A DNA stretch of 64,000 nucleotides from Cyanophora paradoxa CCMP329 (taxonomy: Eukaryota; Plantae; Glaucophyta), in NCBI GenBank assembly GCA_004431415.1, contig QPMI01000082.1, positions 13,029 through 77,028 on the forward strand, written 5' to 3'. The notes beneath the pieces are model-generated. The model did not search any database. It saw nothing but the letters and a program-made list of their open reading frames with translations, and was not told the DNA's origin. Below, one piece after another: positions 20,801-33,518 of the stretch. The position numbers and the translations under genes are program-made. Every line of letters begins with the position of its first letter. Within the stretch, counting starts at the first letter, position 1.

Positions 20801-22603
20801 TGTGGCGCAGCTGAAGGCCACCCGCCGCGCCCTCCGCGACCTCAAGGGCCTCGGAGAGCCGGCCCCGCCCGCCCACGGCTCGCCCCCGGAGGCCGCCCCT
20901 GAGAAGCCCAAGTCGGGCGGCGGCTCGGGGTCGGGCGGCAGCGGGAGCGGCGGCTCGGGGGGCGGCAGCCGCTGCGGCTCGAGCGGGGAGAGCGCCTCGC
21001 GCGAGTCGTCCCCCGGCCGGGACGACGGCATGGAGGCCGAGCCCGACGGCCCGACGCCGCCCCGTCCGCCCGCCCCGCCCCGCCACACCGCCCCGGCTCC
21101 GCGCCGACGCAGCGTCTCCCGCAGGGGTGGGGGCGGCGCGGGGGTTGCGGAGCTGTGGCGGACAGGGGACGGGCCCTACACGCTCCTCGTCTGCTCCGTG
21201 CCAGAGTCGGCCGCCGTCGCCAGCCCCAGCATCGTGCGCCGCCGGCCGCGCCGCCCTGCGCAGCCCCGCGCGGCGCCGAGCGCAGCGGCAGGCGATGGGC
21301 GTGCGGGTGCCGGCGGTGAGCGTGAAGCAATTTGCGGCGATGGGCCTCAAGCTCGCCATGGAGAACCTCTTCATCACTGATCCGACCCTCCCGGGACACC
21401 CGATCGCGCGCCCCGCACCCTGCCGGGCGACGGGGTCCGCGGCTGACGGCGCGGGGGCAGATTTATGCGTCTGAGAGCTACCGTGCGGCGGTGGGGATGA
21501 CGCAGGAGGAGGTCGTGGGGGCCCCCGGCGCCTTCTCGCACCCAGGCTGCGTGGACTACGCGGCGGCGGGGGGCCTGGCGGGGGCGCTGCGGGACGGGGC
21601 GGACTTCCTGGCGGAGGTCTTCGCGCGGCGCAAGGACGGGGCCCCTTTCTGGAGCCTCGTCTCGGTCGTCTCCGTGGTGGACGCCCAGAGCCGCGTCGTC
21701 AACTACATCGCCTCCTCCGTGCCCCCGCCCCGCTTCCCCCCCGGCGACGGCCCCGCCGTCTCACGCCGGCGCCGCGCAGCTCGACATCACCTCCTGCAAG
21801 CACCGCGAGGGGGTCCTCATGCGCCCCGAGGCGGCCCCCAGCGCGGAGGGGCCCCTCGCGGCGGGCCCTGCCAAGGCCTGCCCTCAGAACGCCCCCTCCG
21901 GCGACCGCGAGGGCGGCAACGGCGCCAAGCGGCCCCGTAACGGGTGCGACGCCCCTCAGTGACAGTGGGCCCCCGGGGCGAGGGCGCGACGGGGGTTGGG
22001 CAGATACGGGCCGCGGGGCAGCGGGGCGCCGATCGGGGAACCGAACACGCCGCTGAAGCACTTCCTGGCGGCGCTGCTGTGCATGGCGATGGAGGGGCTC
22101 CTCGTCACCGACTCGCGCACCCGCCCCGGCGGCACGGACCGCATCCTCTTCGCCTCGCGCGGCCTCCAGGCCCGCCCGGCGCCGCCCCGCGGCCCCCGCG
22201 CCGGCCCCGCCTGCCGCGGCTGAGGTGGCGCAGCGGGCGACGGGCTTCTCGCGGGGCGAGCTGGTGGGGCAGTCGTGCTCCGAGATGCTGGGCGGGGAGG
22301 GCCCCGACGCCGCCCCCGTCCCCGGCCTCGACGCCTGCATGCGCCTCAAGCGCCCGTGCATCGCCCGTGCGCCCCCGCGCGCCCCGCGCGCCCCGCCCCC
22401 GCTCACCGCCTCCCCGCAGAGGCCCTCCTGCGCCGCAAGTGCGGGCCGCCTCTCCCGAACCTGGTGCGCGAGAGCCGCGGGGCGGGGCTGGCCGGGCGGG
22501 GCGGGGGCTGATGGCTGGGCAGCTGTTCGCGACCCCGGTGCTGGACATGAGCGGCGAGGCGGTCCGCTTCATTCAGCTCCGCCACGCCTTCGAGGCCCTT
22601 TAA
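17805..22603 (+). CDS. bHLH-leucine-zipper transcription factor with a long Q/P/A-rich N-terminus and two C-terminal LOV-like PAS domains (multi-exon)
   Basis: IERKRRDLMTERIGQLKNLLP..QAAILGSAARYIGTLQAENAQL (about 20617-20830). PAS1 NLFITDPTLPGHPI|IYASES..RKDGAPFW..|LDIT. PAS2 LLVTDS..RILFASRGLQ|RATGFSRGELVGQSC. Confidence 0.8.
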
Positions 22604-22696
22604 GCCCCCGCCCCGCACCGCATTCGCCCCCGCCCGCGCCCCCGCGCCCCTCACGAATGAGACGTATTTATTGCGAGGGGGCGGGGCGACGAGGGC

Positions 22697-24377
22697 TCAC
22701 GCCTCGAGCACCTCGACGAGGCGGCCGAGGGCGGCGGCGACGGTCCCCGCGACGCCGCGCTGGTACCCGCAGTTGGCCACCAGCGCGCACAGCGGCGCCT
22801 TGGCCCTGGCGCGCCTCTCAGCGCGCCGAGCGGGGCGGGGCGGGGCGGGGCGGGGCGGGTGAGGCGGCCGACCGGCGCGCAGCGGCGGCGACGGCGGCCT
22901 CGCGCTCCACGACCGTCGCGCGCGTCGCGTGAAAGTGCCCGTTGGGGTCTGCGCCGCCCTCGGCTCCAGCACCGCGGGCGCCAGGGCCGGCGGCCGGCGC
23001 ACCGCCCTCGAGCACGTCGTAGCCGATCACGTAGATGATGAACTCGGGTGAGAACTCTGCAGGCGGGTCGCCCCAGCGCCGCCGGCGCGGCGGGCCGGCG
23101 CGGCGCTGTGGCACCTCGGAAGGCGTCGCTCAGGGCGTCGAGGAGGGCAGCCCGGTACTCCCCATCGGTCGTGGCGCACGTGCACGGCGCCCCCGCGCGA
23201 TCGCCCGCTTCGCCCAGTGCTCCTGCCCGGCCCGCCTCGCCTCGCGCCCCCGCCCCCGCGCCCGCGCCTGCGCCCCTCGACCCTCGCGCACCTGGGGTAC
23301 TCCTGCGAGGAGGGGGGGAGGGGGGGGGGGGGGAGGGGGGGAGGGTGGGAAGGGTGGTGAGGGGCTGGGCAGGCGGGGCGGGCGGGCGAGAGGCACGAGG
23401 TCGTTGTTGTATGCGTCGACGATGTAGACGACGCCGGCGCGGGCCTCCTTGAGCAGGTCCCCCTCGTGCCCATTCCCCTGCGCCCCCTCGCCCCCTCGCC
23501 CCGGGTCGCCGCACCCCGCCGCAAAACCGCACCCTGTGCACGTCGAAGTCGATGCTGCGGCGTGTCCCGGCATCAGTCAGGTGCCGGCGCGCCCTCGCGC
23601 CGAGCTCACATCATCAGCTTGCCGCCGGGCCTCTTTCTCCAGTAGTGCCGCGCTGGGGGCAGTCAGCGGGGCAGAAGGGCCGCGGAAGCCGAGTCTCTCG
23701 GATCACGGCGAACCGGCCATGGTAACGTCGGCAAACCAGCAGAGACCGGCGCCGCCGCGCGGGCCCGACGCGTGGTGCAGCCCCCCGTCCTGCAGCGGCT
23801 GAGCGGCAGAGCCAGCGCACGAAGCGGGGCGGGGCGCGCGGACCGTGTTCACCGCCCAGCCGCGCTCCAGCGCCAGGTCCACCGCCATGAGCGTGCCGCG
23901 GGCGCACCAGCGCTGCGGCTCGACGTACTCCATCAGGAGCCGCGCGGGGGTTGCCCGCTCCACCTCTCGCCGGCTCATCTCTCCGACACGCGCGAGGAGC
24001 GCGGGGGTGCCTCGCTCGATGGAGCGCAGGTACTCCTCCGTGTGCGCCAGCAGGAGCTCCTCATCGCTGGCGCGGCGGTCGCACTCAACGAACCCTCGCC
24101 CGCGGTGCAGGTCGGCCCGCGCCCGCAGCAGCGCCACCACTTCGCGCAGATTCTGGCACGAGGTGGCCAAGTCGGTGAAGCGCACGTTGTACCGCTCGCT
24201 CACAACCACCGGCATGCTAGCTGCAGAGCTCAGCGCGGGGGCATCGCCCGGGCTGCAGCTGAAGGCTGCGACGTCGGCTGTCTCTCTCTTCGAGTCCGCT
24301 TCATCCAGCCCATTGGCGGCCCGCCTGGCGCGCTTCGCGGGCGGCGGCGCGGCGCGTTCGGGATCCTCGGCCGCCAT
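22697..24377 (-). CDS. Histone deacetylase, class IV (HDAC11-like), multi-exon
   Basis: LLLAHTEEYL, GTLMAVDLALERGWAVN|GGLHHAS..GLCWFADV, spliced IDFDVHR|GNGHE, YVIGYDVLEG|DPNG, CGYQ. Confidence 0.9.
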
Positions 24378-24940
24378 CCGACGTGGCGCTCGTATGTGCT
24401 GTCCGCAAATCAACTACGTAAGTCTTGCAAATCGTGCACACTGCGAGCGGCGCGCCAAGAGCTTCGGCGCACCTGGTCAACAAGCCGGCTCGCGCGGCTC
24501 CACGGACTAGGGGGGGTTTACGGCCGAAAGATAGCAGCTGCAGAGGCCCTGTTGTGTGCTTGCCAAAGAAGTTGACAAGCGCCAGCTGCAGGCCCTACGC
24601 CTGGCCCAGGCCGCCCAGCTGCAGTGGCTTGCGAACGAAGTGACGTCGGGCGCCGGCGAATGCCTCATGATCTTATGCGGTACCGGTACGTGCGCCTTTC
24701 CTATATATAGCTAACGGTGCGCACGAGCTACATCATGCCTACATGGCCGCCGGGCCTCTCTCTTGCGCGCCGGCGCCTAGCCTAGTAGCGTACATGGCCT
24801 CTCTCAGAGTCTCTCTCGCACGCAGATCCTTCGAGGATCTCAGAGTCTTAACTTCAAGGCTTTTAGCTTTTTGTACTACAGTAGATTACGCGCGCGCCTG
24901 CGTTTACGCTAGCTATAGATGTAAAACTGACATTATATAA

Positions 24941-26537
24941 TTACGTCGACGTCTGAACTGCCGCGGGAGCGCTGGCGCTGTCGGCTTCGGGTGGGGGGCC
25001 CGGGGCGTCCGGTACGGACCCCTGCCGGGCCTGGCCGACTCTCCAAAATGAATCGGCAGGGAGGCGGGGAAAGAAGCCGTCGGCCGCCTCTCGGCCAGCG
25101 ATCACCGGAAACTCGCCCCTGCGCATGCACGCGCAGTGCTTGAGCGAGTGCGCCAGGCGTTGCAGGCAACCGCCGGCAGCGCGAGGCGCACTTGCGGTAC
25201 CAGCTGCGGGGGGGTCAGCGGGGGCGCGATGGTCAGGGTGCGGGGCAGGCGCACACGTGGAGGTTGTAGTCCTCGGGCCGCTGCCTGCGGGGGCCGTCCC
25301 AGCGTCAGGGGCTGGCGCGGGGCACCAGGCCGGGGCTGCAGTCGTGCCTGGAGCCGTAGGCGCCGAGAAAGCGGCCCTCGACGGGGGTCTCCTCGTGCTC
25401 GTAGCCGAGCCCAGCCATGAGCTCCACGAATGTCGAGACGCCGTCTCGGTCCGTCGAGAGCACCTCGAGGAAGAAGCCGCCCGGCCGCAGCAGCCGCCCG
25501 ATCAGCCGCGACAGGCTGCGTGCCGCGGCGGTCGGCGCGGCGGCCGGGCATGCGCGAGCTGAGGATTGCGCGCGCCTTCCGACACTGAGGAGGGAGTAGG
25601 TGAGCTCGGAACCAATGAGGACGTCCGCCGCAGGCAGCTCCGCCTCCGGAGGCGGTTTGTCCCAGTCCTGCGCCCGCATTGGCCCAGGTTCCTTGGCGGG
25701 CAGAGCGGAGGCGAGGGCGGGGCACGAGGTGCATGACGCGTGTGCGGGAGCGGAGGACGTCGCGCCAGCGCGCGTCGGCGGCGCGCTCAGCGTCGCTCGG
25801 TTGCCGCTCGGGGTCATCCTCGGCCTCTGCGTTGGTCCGCACGTTGTACGCCGCATTCTCGATTACCTGCCGCCCCGTCGCCCCCCCGGTCGCATCCCGC
25901 GCGTCGCGTCGCCCGGCCCCCGCACCGACTCAATGTAGTCCGTCAGGACGACCGTCGAGCAGAACCGCGCCGCAACGATGCCCGGTAGACCGCACCCGCA
26001 GCCGAGCTCGATCTGCTTGCAGCTACGATCAAGATGGCACCGGCCCCGCCACCGCATCGCGGTGCTACGCGAGAAGCGCGCACGAGCGAGCGGCTAGCCA
26101 AGTACTGCTCTCCGTACACGTAAATCCAGCGCGCCAGGATGATAGACGCATCTGGCTATGATTCAGTGACTCCGCGGCAGAAAAAGTGCGCGAGAGTGAG
26201 GCTTACCCCACAAAGCGCACTGGACAAAGTGGCGAGGTTCGCGAAGCGTTGGCGTTCGTCGGTTTAGAAACGATAAGGCGAACGGGGCTGGCTCACCCCA
26301 AGTCCAGCATCAACGATCGACAGCTCGCGAATGAAGGCTTCAACCTCCCAGGTTTTGCTGCGCTTGTCGCGTGCGCCGAAGCCGATTGTTTTTCTCTTGT
26401 TCTTCCCAATCCCAAGCGCAGCCTGGTGCGTGAGGGGGTGAGTGAGCACGCGTAGCTGTAGCGCCGCGTTACACGCGGCGTACCTCCTGCCAATTCACAC
26501 CCGCCGCTGGGCCGAGCTTCGGTCGTCCGTTTAGCAT
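24941..26537 (-). CDS. Seven-beta-strand lysine methyltransferase (Methyltransf_16, METTL21/22-like), multi-exon; start approximate
   Basis: ALW|DASIILARWI, IELGCGCGLPGIVAA, VVLTDY, DVLIGSELTY, LLRPGGFF. Confidence 0.85.
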
Positions 26538-26598
26538 CGTCCCGCCGCCGCCGTTTCGAGGTGCGGGGGAGCGCGATGCCTGCTAACCGCCAAGATGG

Positions 26599-26787
26599 GA
26601 TCGCGCGGTGCGGGATGGCTGCCTTGGCCAGAGGACCGCCGACAAAGCGTTCTACGCGCCGAGACCCAACTCGATCGCGGGGTGCGCGAAGCCTGCCTTG
26701 GCTAGACCCAAGAGAGCGCTCTACGCGCCGAGATCCAACTCGATCGCGGGGTGCGGGATGCCTGCCTTGCCTAGAGGACCGCCGACT
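26599..26787. repeat. Tandem repeat of about 70 nt (about 2.6 copies) in a divergent promoter
   Basis: Units starting GATCGCG.GGTGCG at 26599, 26673 and 26742. Confidence 0.85.
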
Positions 26788-26986
26788 TGGCGTCGAGTGC
26801 GAGAAGCCACTACCCCGGCACCCCCGGTTGAACTTCAGCCCCCCCGGAGTCATACCACGTGCGGCTTGCGTGCTTTCATTGAGCCCACTTCCCAGCATCC
26901 CACACGGCCACCCAGCCCTCCAGCGGCAATCACTACACAACGAGCGCGCGCCAGCACTCTATTCTCGACATCATCGCGACGGCAAC

Positions 26987-28228
26987 ATGGCCTTCGCGCT
27001 CCCGATCACTCTCCGCCCTCAAACCTGCAGCACCTCCGATCCTAGCCTTCTGTTTTCCGGACATGGTGCTGCCGTCCTCGCCGGTCGTCCGTCTCCCGCG
27101 CTCCTGGGCGGCGGTTTGCATGCTCCCGCGCGCTTTGGCGGCGCTCGGCGGGCAAGATCAGACAATCGGATCTTCTTTGGTACTTGAGTCCACATGTCAT
27201 GACCCCACGCTCCCACGCCTCATACTCCACGTGCCCAGGCCAAAGCCCCACGCGCAAGTGGCGCATCCCCGCCCTCGTGGCACCAAGTAGCATGCCGATG
27301 AGGTCTGTGGCATGCCGGAGCCTCGGTTCGCGCCGTAGAGTGTCCGATATAAGTCGCGACCTTTCGTTTTCCGGCAGGGTCGAAGCCAGCTTTGCCTGGG
27401 ACGAGAGCGAGAATATTCAGCGCGAGGAGGAGACGGATGGTATCACGTTTGAGCAGCAACTTCTTGCAGAGCAGGCCCGTCCAGCCCCGCCACTTGCGCC
27501 CCCGGGCCGCGGCCCTGCAGCCGCCCGCCGGGCATCTGACGTCCAGCGCAGCTCCGGCGCGCCTTTATCCATATGTCCGACACGGAGCTCAAGAGCCAGG
27601 TAAGCCCGGAAGCAGCAGACTGCATTCGCAATCCTATCTGATCCGCGCTTCTAAGGTTTTGGACATTGTTCGGCTGCAAGCCCAAGAGGCCAACATTTGG
27701 TCCCGGATGCTCCGCCAGGACTTCGGTGCGCCCTAGCCGGCAGCAGCGCATCAGCGTGCGCGCGCGTGCCTGGGTTTGACTGGACCTGGGCTTTCTCGCT
27801 ATCAGGCTTTGGCAATGACGTGAGTTTGCTTCTCCAAGGCGCTTCTCTGTCTCTTTCTTATCTTGATTTGGCAGTCCGGCGCGGGCGCTGTTCCCTCGGA
27901 GGAGATGGTCGATGCTGATGAGGATGTGTCGTTGAGCACCGGCATGGGCGTAGACCAGTCCTTCAAGGCCCTTCGACTCCAGCAACTCATGGTTCATGAA
28001 TTTCCTCGTTCTCTCTTTCCTGGATTCGCTTTTCATATGATTTGACTGCATTTGCAGGATGGCATGACTCGCGAAGAGATCGAGCAAACCTGGTACACAA
28101 TTCCAAGGGCAAGGACTTGCCTATCCCTTACCTATTCTCGCAGGACTCAAGTCTACACAGACTACTGCATTGCAAAGAACACTTGGAAGAGGAATTTGTC
28201 TCGTTTGAGCCGTGGTGCAACGCTGTAA
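26987..28228 (+). CDS. Hypothetical, probably plastid-targeted protein (multi-exon)
   Basis: MAFALP start with an S/A/R-rich transit-peptide-like region; several GT/GC-AG introns with consistent frames; no recognisable domain. Confidence 0.55.
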
Positions 28229-28754
28229 ATTTACCTTTGTAGTACCATTGCGTTCAGCGTAGACAGTGTAGCTACGCCTGTGGCCTACGCATAGAACAGG
28301 TGCGGCCGTCGCCGTCGCTGGCCCGGTTGTAGGACCATTGTATAGTAAACTTAGCAGATTTGACTTGGAATTGACTTTGTACATTCAGCATTTACTTGGT
28401 CGGCAATTTTACTTGAATTTGACATTGTATAGTACGTTTGACCTCGCAAATTTCAGTAGAATGTGTGCATTAACTTGTAATTGACGCGAGACGTGATTGT
28501 TTGCTACTAAGAACTAGCGCCAGCAGTGCCCAGCCGCTGAGCAGCACATTACGCGGGCAATCTTTACTTGAATTACGACCACGTATATATATACACACAG
28601 ATACAGAATGAAATCCAGACATCCAGGGAGCTCAAGAAATTACGATCACGACCAGCCAGTTATAATGCATAGCTGCAGCTAATTATAAGATCTAGAGCTA
28701 GCGCCAGCAGTCCCACGGCCAAGCTCTAAGACCTAAGCCAGATATTGCCAGCTG

Positions 28755-28907
28755 CAGGGCGAGAAGGAACAAAAGAAGGGGAATTGAAGCACCTGCTCTT
28801 GCCAGGGCGAGAAGGAACAAATTAAAGAGGGGGAATTGAATCGAAGCACCTGCTCTTGCCAGGGCGAGAAGGAACAAAAGATCTAGAGGGGGAATTGAAG
28901 CACCTTG
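28755..28907. repeat. Tandem repeat of about 50 nt, 3 copies
   Basis: CAGGGCGAGAAGGAACAAA..GGGAATTGAA..GCACCT repeated three times. Confidence 0.85.
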
Positions 28908-29180
28908 GCGCGCTCCAGCCGGACGATCTCGGCGTTGAGGCGCACGACTCTGCAATCACGAATTTAAAGCTTAAATCAAATATCACAAGCTCTCCCCCTC
29001 AGGGCCTCATGATCAGGGCCTGGGCCGGGTAGAGCACACTTCGAAGTCAAGAAGCTATAGCTAGCTAAACGAAGCTCGACTCGGCGAATTGAAGCGTTTA
29101 GCACCGTCTATATATCTGTAGCGCGTCGGCAGCCGTACCGCGCAGCTCCTGTAGCACATCTGGTAGCCAGCGCTAGAGCT

Positions 29181-30232
29181 ATGTCCAAACAAACAGCCTC
29201 TGCCGCGGACAACACCGTGCGAAGGACGTGGAATCTATCACAATATGGTGCGTGATGAGTTGCTGTAGGTGCGCGGCGTGGCTGAACCGTGCGCAGTCGA
29301 ACAGCCGAAGGACATCGATCCCTCGAAGATCATAGACGAGGATACGTACCTTGACGACGAAGACGCCGACAACCCAACGCGCAGTATGCTGGCTCTATTG
29401 GCCCGCCCCCCACACTCCAGGCTCAGCGCTCTCCGCAGACATGCCTGGGAACAAGTACATCCCGCGACCCAAGAAGAAGAAGGACGGCGCGGAGACCGCA
29501 GGTAGCGAATCAGAAGATGATTCGAAGCCGAAGCCGCTGCACTGCGTTACCTGCGACCTCGACCTGCCGGACCCAGCCGCGTTCCTCAATCACCTCATCA
29601 GTAGCGAGCGTACGTCTCCTCCCCGGGCTTTCCATAAACATCTGCGACGGTCGTCGCAGACGCGGATGCGCTGAGCAGATCGGCCCTTCCGGCGAAGGCG
29701 ATCGTAAAATCGATCAACGAAAAATTCGACAACAAGAAGAAGGGCAAGGACAAGGAAGACGTCGAAAATATCTTTTTGAATCGCATGCATTCTGCGGCTT
29801 GCACGCGCTTGCGCAGTGCGCTGCCCTTGACTGCAGTCCCCTTCGGGCGCTCCACAGCAGATTCAGGTCAGAGGCTGTTGTGCGACAGCTTCTCCGTGCC
29901 CCAGCCCTCACAGCTTGCAGGTGAATCTTGACGACCGCGTCAAGCGTAGGATAGAGGAGGAGCAGAAAGAGAAGGAGGCAAAGAAGAAGGTGCCCGTGCT
30001 CCGCCCCACGCCGCGCATCTTCAGGTCGCACACACTGATCCCCCGCAGGCAAAAGCCGAGAGCAAGAAGAAGGTATGTTGGCCCCGGGGGTGTGATGTGC
30101 TTCTTCCGAGGGACAAAGTGCGCCATGCAGGCGGATGCGGAAGCGGCTGCCAAGGTGGCCGAGGAAGAGCAGGCTGCAATGTACGCTGCAATGGGCCTCC
30201 CAGGCGGGTTCGGGACCACAAAGAAGAAGTAG
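29181..30232 (+). CDS. ZMAT2: Zinc finger matrin-type 2 / Snu23-like spliceosomal protein (multi-exon)
   Basis: VRRTWN, HCVTCDLDLPDPAAFLNHL, NLDDRVKRRIEEEQKEK, C-terminal MYAAMGLPGGFGTTKKK*. Confidence 0.75.
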
Positions 30233-30282
30233 ATTGCAAGGAATTTTGCCAGCTTGCCCACGATGCCAGCCGGTCTGCACAG

Positions 30283-31912
30283 TCGCACCTCAAGTTCGGA
30301 AAGCGCGTCGGGGTCGGGTGCGGCGCGGCGGCGCGGGGGGCGGCTCGCCTCTTCGAGGCCGACAGGGCGGGGCGGCAGGGGCTTCGCGGAGACGTTCAAA
30401 GGATGGTGGCAGGGCCGCGTGGTGGCCATCAAGAAGATCATCCAGGCGCGGCGGGGCGCCCCTGCGGCGGGTCTCGCCTCATGGGGCGGCAGGTTGCGGA
30501 CCGGCCCCTCACGGAAGACGACCTTGAAGACTTCAAGAGCGAGGTGTGTGAGCGGCGGGGCTGGCGGCGGGTCCCGTACGCGCTAAGGCGGCGCGGGCAG
30601 CTGGCGCTGATGGCGAAGCTGTCGCACGAGAACATAGTGCAGTGCCACGGGGGCGGCGACCACCTCCCCGACCTCTTCATCGTGATGGAGTTCTGCGCCA
30701 GGGTCCGCGCCGCGCGCCCCCTGCGCCGCCCCAACGGGGGCCGGGGCGCGACCGGGCGGCAGGGGAGCCTCGCCTCGCTCTTGCGCAAGGACAAGACCGC
30801 CATCCTCGACTTCGAGGCCGTCCGGTGCCCTCGCGCCGCGCGCTGGCCCCGCCGACGCGGTGCTAACGGCGCGGGGGCAGGCGGATCGCGCTGGGGGTGG
30901 CCCGCGGGGTGGCCTACCTGCACGCCCTCGACCCGCCCCTCATCCACCGCGACCTCAAGTGCGAGAACGGTGCGCCTGCCCGCCGCGTACTGGACCAGCG
31001 AGCGCCTCACGCGGCCCTTCGGCAGTCTTCTTAACCGACGACCTGACCCCAAAGATCGGGGTTCGCTCTGGCCGTCGCGGCTCGTCCACGATAGCCTTTC
31101 TTCGCGCAGTTGACCGAATGAGTGCAGGACTTTGGCGTGAGCGTCCAGACGGGCGCCTCCTACATGATGAGCGAGTCCGGCACGTACCAGTACATGGCCG
31201 TGCGTGCCCCGCCCCTCCCCGTCTCGCCCGCCCTGCCGACGCCCCACAGCCCGAGCTTCTGCGCGGCGAACGGAGCAATGAGCTCGTAGACGGTGCAGGC
31301 CTCAGCACGCGCAGAGACACACGCGCCGTTGGGCGGGGGCCGGCTGACTCGAGCACGCAGTGTACTCGTTCGCGATGCTGCTGTACGAGCTGGTGACGCG
31401 GCGGGTGCCGTACTCGGACATGGGCCTGCAGTCGGGGGTGGCAGGCTTCCGGGCGGCGTACAGCGGGCTCCGGCCCTCCCTCGAGGACTGCCCCTGGCCC
31501 GAGCTCGCCGACCTCATCTCCGACTGCTGGGCCGACGCCCCCTCTGCCCGGCCCCAGATGTGCCAGGCCGCCCCCCCCCCCCCCCCCCCCCCCACCCCCC
31601 CCCCCGCCCCCCCCCCCCCCCCCCCCCCCCCCTCCGCCCCGCCCCGCCCCGTCGCGGCCCCCTGACGCGGCGCAGATCGTGGTGCGGCTGCAGCACCTGG
31701 TGGGCACGACGCGGCCGGTGCCCCCGAAGGAAGAGAAGAAGGAGGAGGAGAAGAAGGAGGGCCGCCGCTCCCTCGAGGTCCCCCGCAACCAGGGCCTCCA
31801 CGCCTCCCCTTCCCCCGTCCACCGCCCCCTGCCCAGCGCCAGCGCGCCCAAGCCTAGGCCCCTACCCGGGCCTTCTCCAGCGGTTCACCCCGTTTTTGTT
31901 ACACCTCTGTAG
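30283..31912 (+). CDS. Tyrosine-kinase-like (TKL/Raf-like) protein kinase, multi-exon; no own start codon found
   Basis: LKFGKRVGVG|GFAETF, VAIKK, HENIV, IVMEFC, IHRDLKCEN, DFG, GTYQYMA|PE, VYSFAMLLYEL, CWADAPSARP. Confidence 0.9.
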
Positions 31913-32980
31913 GATTTTCAAAGTTTCGAATTCGTGTGGACGGTCCCTAAGGGCCCGAGGGCCCGATCATCGGATCCTTCAGCCTACTAGGCTACGCGGG
32001 CCCTGCCGCAGTGTGTGCACGTGCACGAGGGTCCGACGGAACCGTAGCCACGGCATACGCATGCATGCGCAATTGATTGCGATTAATACTGCAATTTGCC
32101 CTCGCGATCGGGGCCGCGGCGCGCGGGGCCCGCGGCCGGCGCCGCGGGTCCCAGACTCCCAGCCTGGCAGCCTAGCTATAGCTATATATATATATAGGCC
32201 TGCAGGGCCTGCGCATGCAGCTGCGCATGCGCATGCCGCGCGCGCCGCGCGCGCGCGCGCGGGCCGGGTCATCGATCCCCCCCCCCCCCCACCCCCCCCC
32301 CCCCCCACCCCCCCCCCCCCCCCCCCCCCTCCCGCCCCCCGCCCCGCCCCGTCGCGGCCCCCTGACGCGGCGCAGATCGTGGTGCGGCTGCAGCACCTGG
32401 TGGGCACGACGCGGCCGGTGCCCCCGAAGGAAGAGAAGAAGGAGGAGGAGAAGAAGGAGGGCCGCCGCTCCCTCGAGGTCCCCCGCAACCAGGGCCTCCA
32501 CGCCTCCCCTTCCCCCGTCCACCGCCCCCCTGCCCAGCGCCAGCGCGCCCAAGCCTAGGCCCCTACCCCGGGCCTTCTCCAGCGGTTCACCCCGTTTTTG
32601 TTACACCTCTGTAGGATTTTCAAAGTTTCGAATTCGTGTGGACGGTCCCTAAGGGCCCGAGGGCCCGATCATCGGATCCTTCAGCCTACTAGGCTACGCG
32701 GGCCCTGCCGCAGTGTGTGCACGTGCACGAGGGTCCGACGGAACCGTAGCCACGGCATACGCATGCATGCGCAATTGATTGCGATTAATACTGCAATTTG
32801 CCCTCGCGATCGGGGCCGCGGCGCGCGGGGCCCGCGGCCGGCGCCGCGGGTCCCAGACTCCCAGCCTGGCAGCCTAGCTATAGCTATATATATATATAGG
32901 CCTGCAGGGCCTGCGCATGCAGCTGCGCATGCGCATGCCGCGCGCGCCGCGCGCGCGCGCGCGGGCCGGGTCATCGATCC
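31570..32980 (+). repeat. Near-perfect direct tandem duplication of about 700 bp (last kinase exon plus 3' spacer)
   Basis: 31570-32278 is repeated at 32279-32980; both copies begin in a poly-C tract and end GGGTCATCGATCC. Confidence 0.95.
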
Positions 32981-33286
32981 GCGATATATATAGATATATC
33001 GCGCGCGACGTCGACTCGTAAATATGCCGCAGTACTAGTGCGCACTGCGGCATGCTACTCGCGTATATATGATCAGCGACTTGCATGTACCGTACGTATA
33101 CACGGTATATCGATATCTATATAGATATAGCTACTAGCCTAGTAGGCTAGGATCCGGATGCGGTACATCAGCTTGGCCATGCATATGGCAAATATATAAC
33201 TAGTAAATACTTATGATCAGTGACTTAAGCTTACACAGCATGTACTAAGGTACTACGGTAATTATAACTGAAGGTACTGGACTGTG

Positions 33287-33352
33287 CACCCGTGACCTGT
33301 CTGTGTGTACAATTCGACTCACCCGTGACCTGTCTGTGTGTACAATTCGACT
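33287..33352. repeat. Perfect 33-nt tandem duplication
   Basis: CACCCGTGACCTGTCTGTGTGTACAATTCGACT twice. Confidence 0.9.
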
Positions 33353-33518
33353 CGGTGAAAATGCAAGCATCTTTACATGCTTATATTTACGGGGAAATAT
33401 GGCGAACTTCGGAAAGGGAAAGGAAAAGAAAGCAGAAAAGTGAAAGTGAGCAAGCTCGAGTATTCATGATATCGATCATGGACGATGTGCCACGGTGAAT
33501 TCGAAGGTGTTCCTCGAG

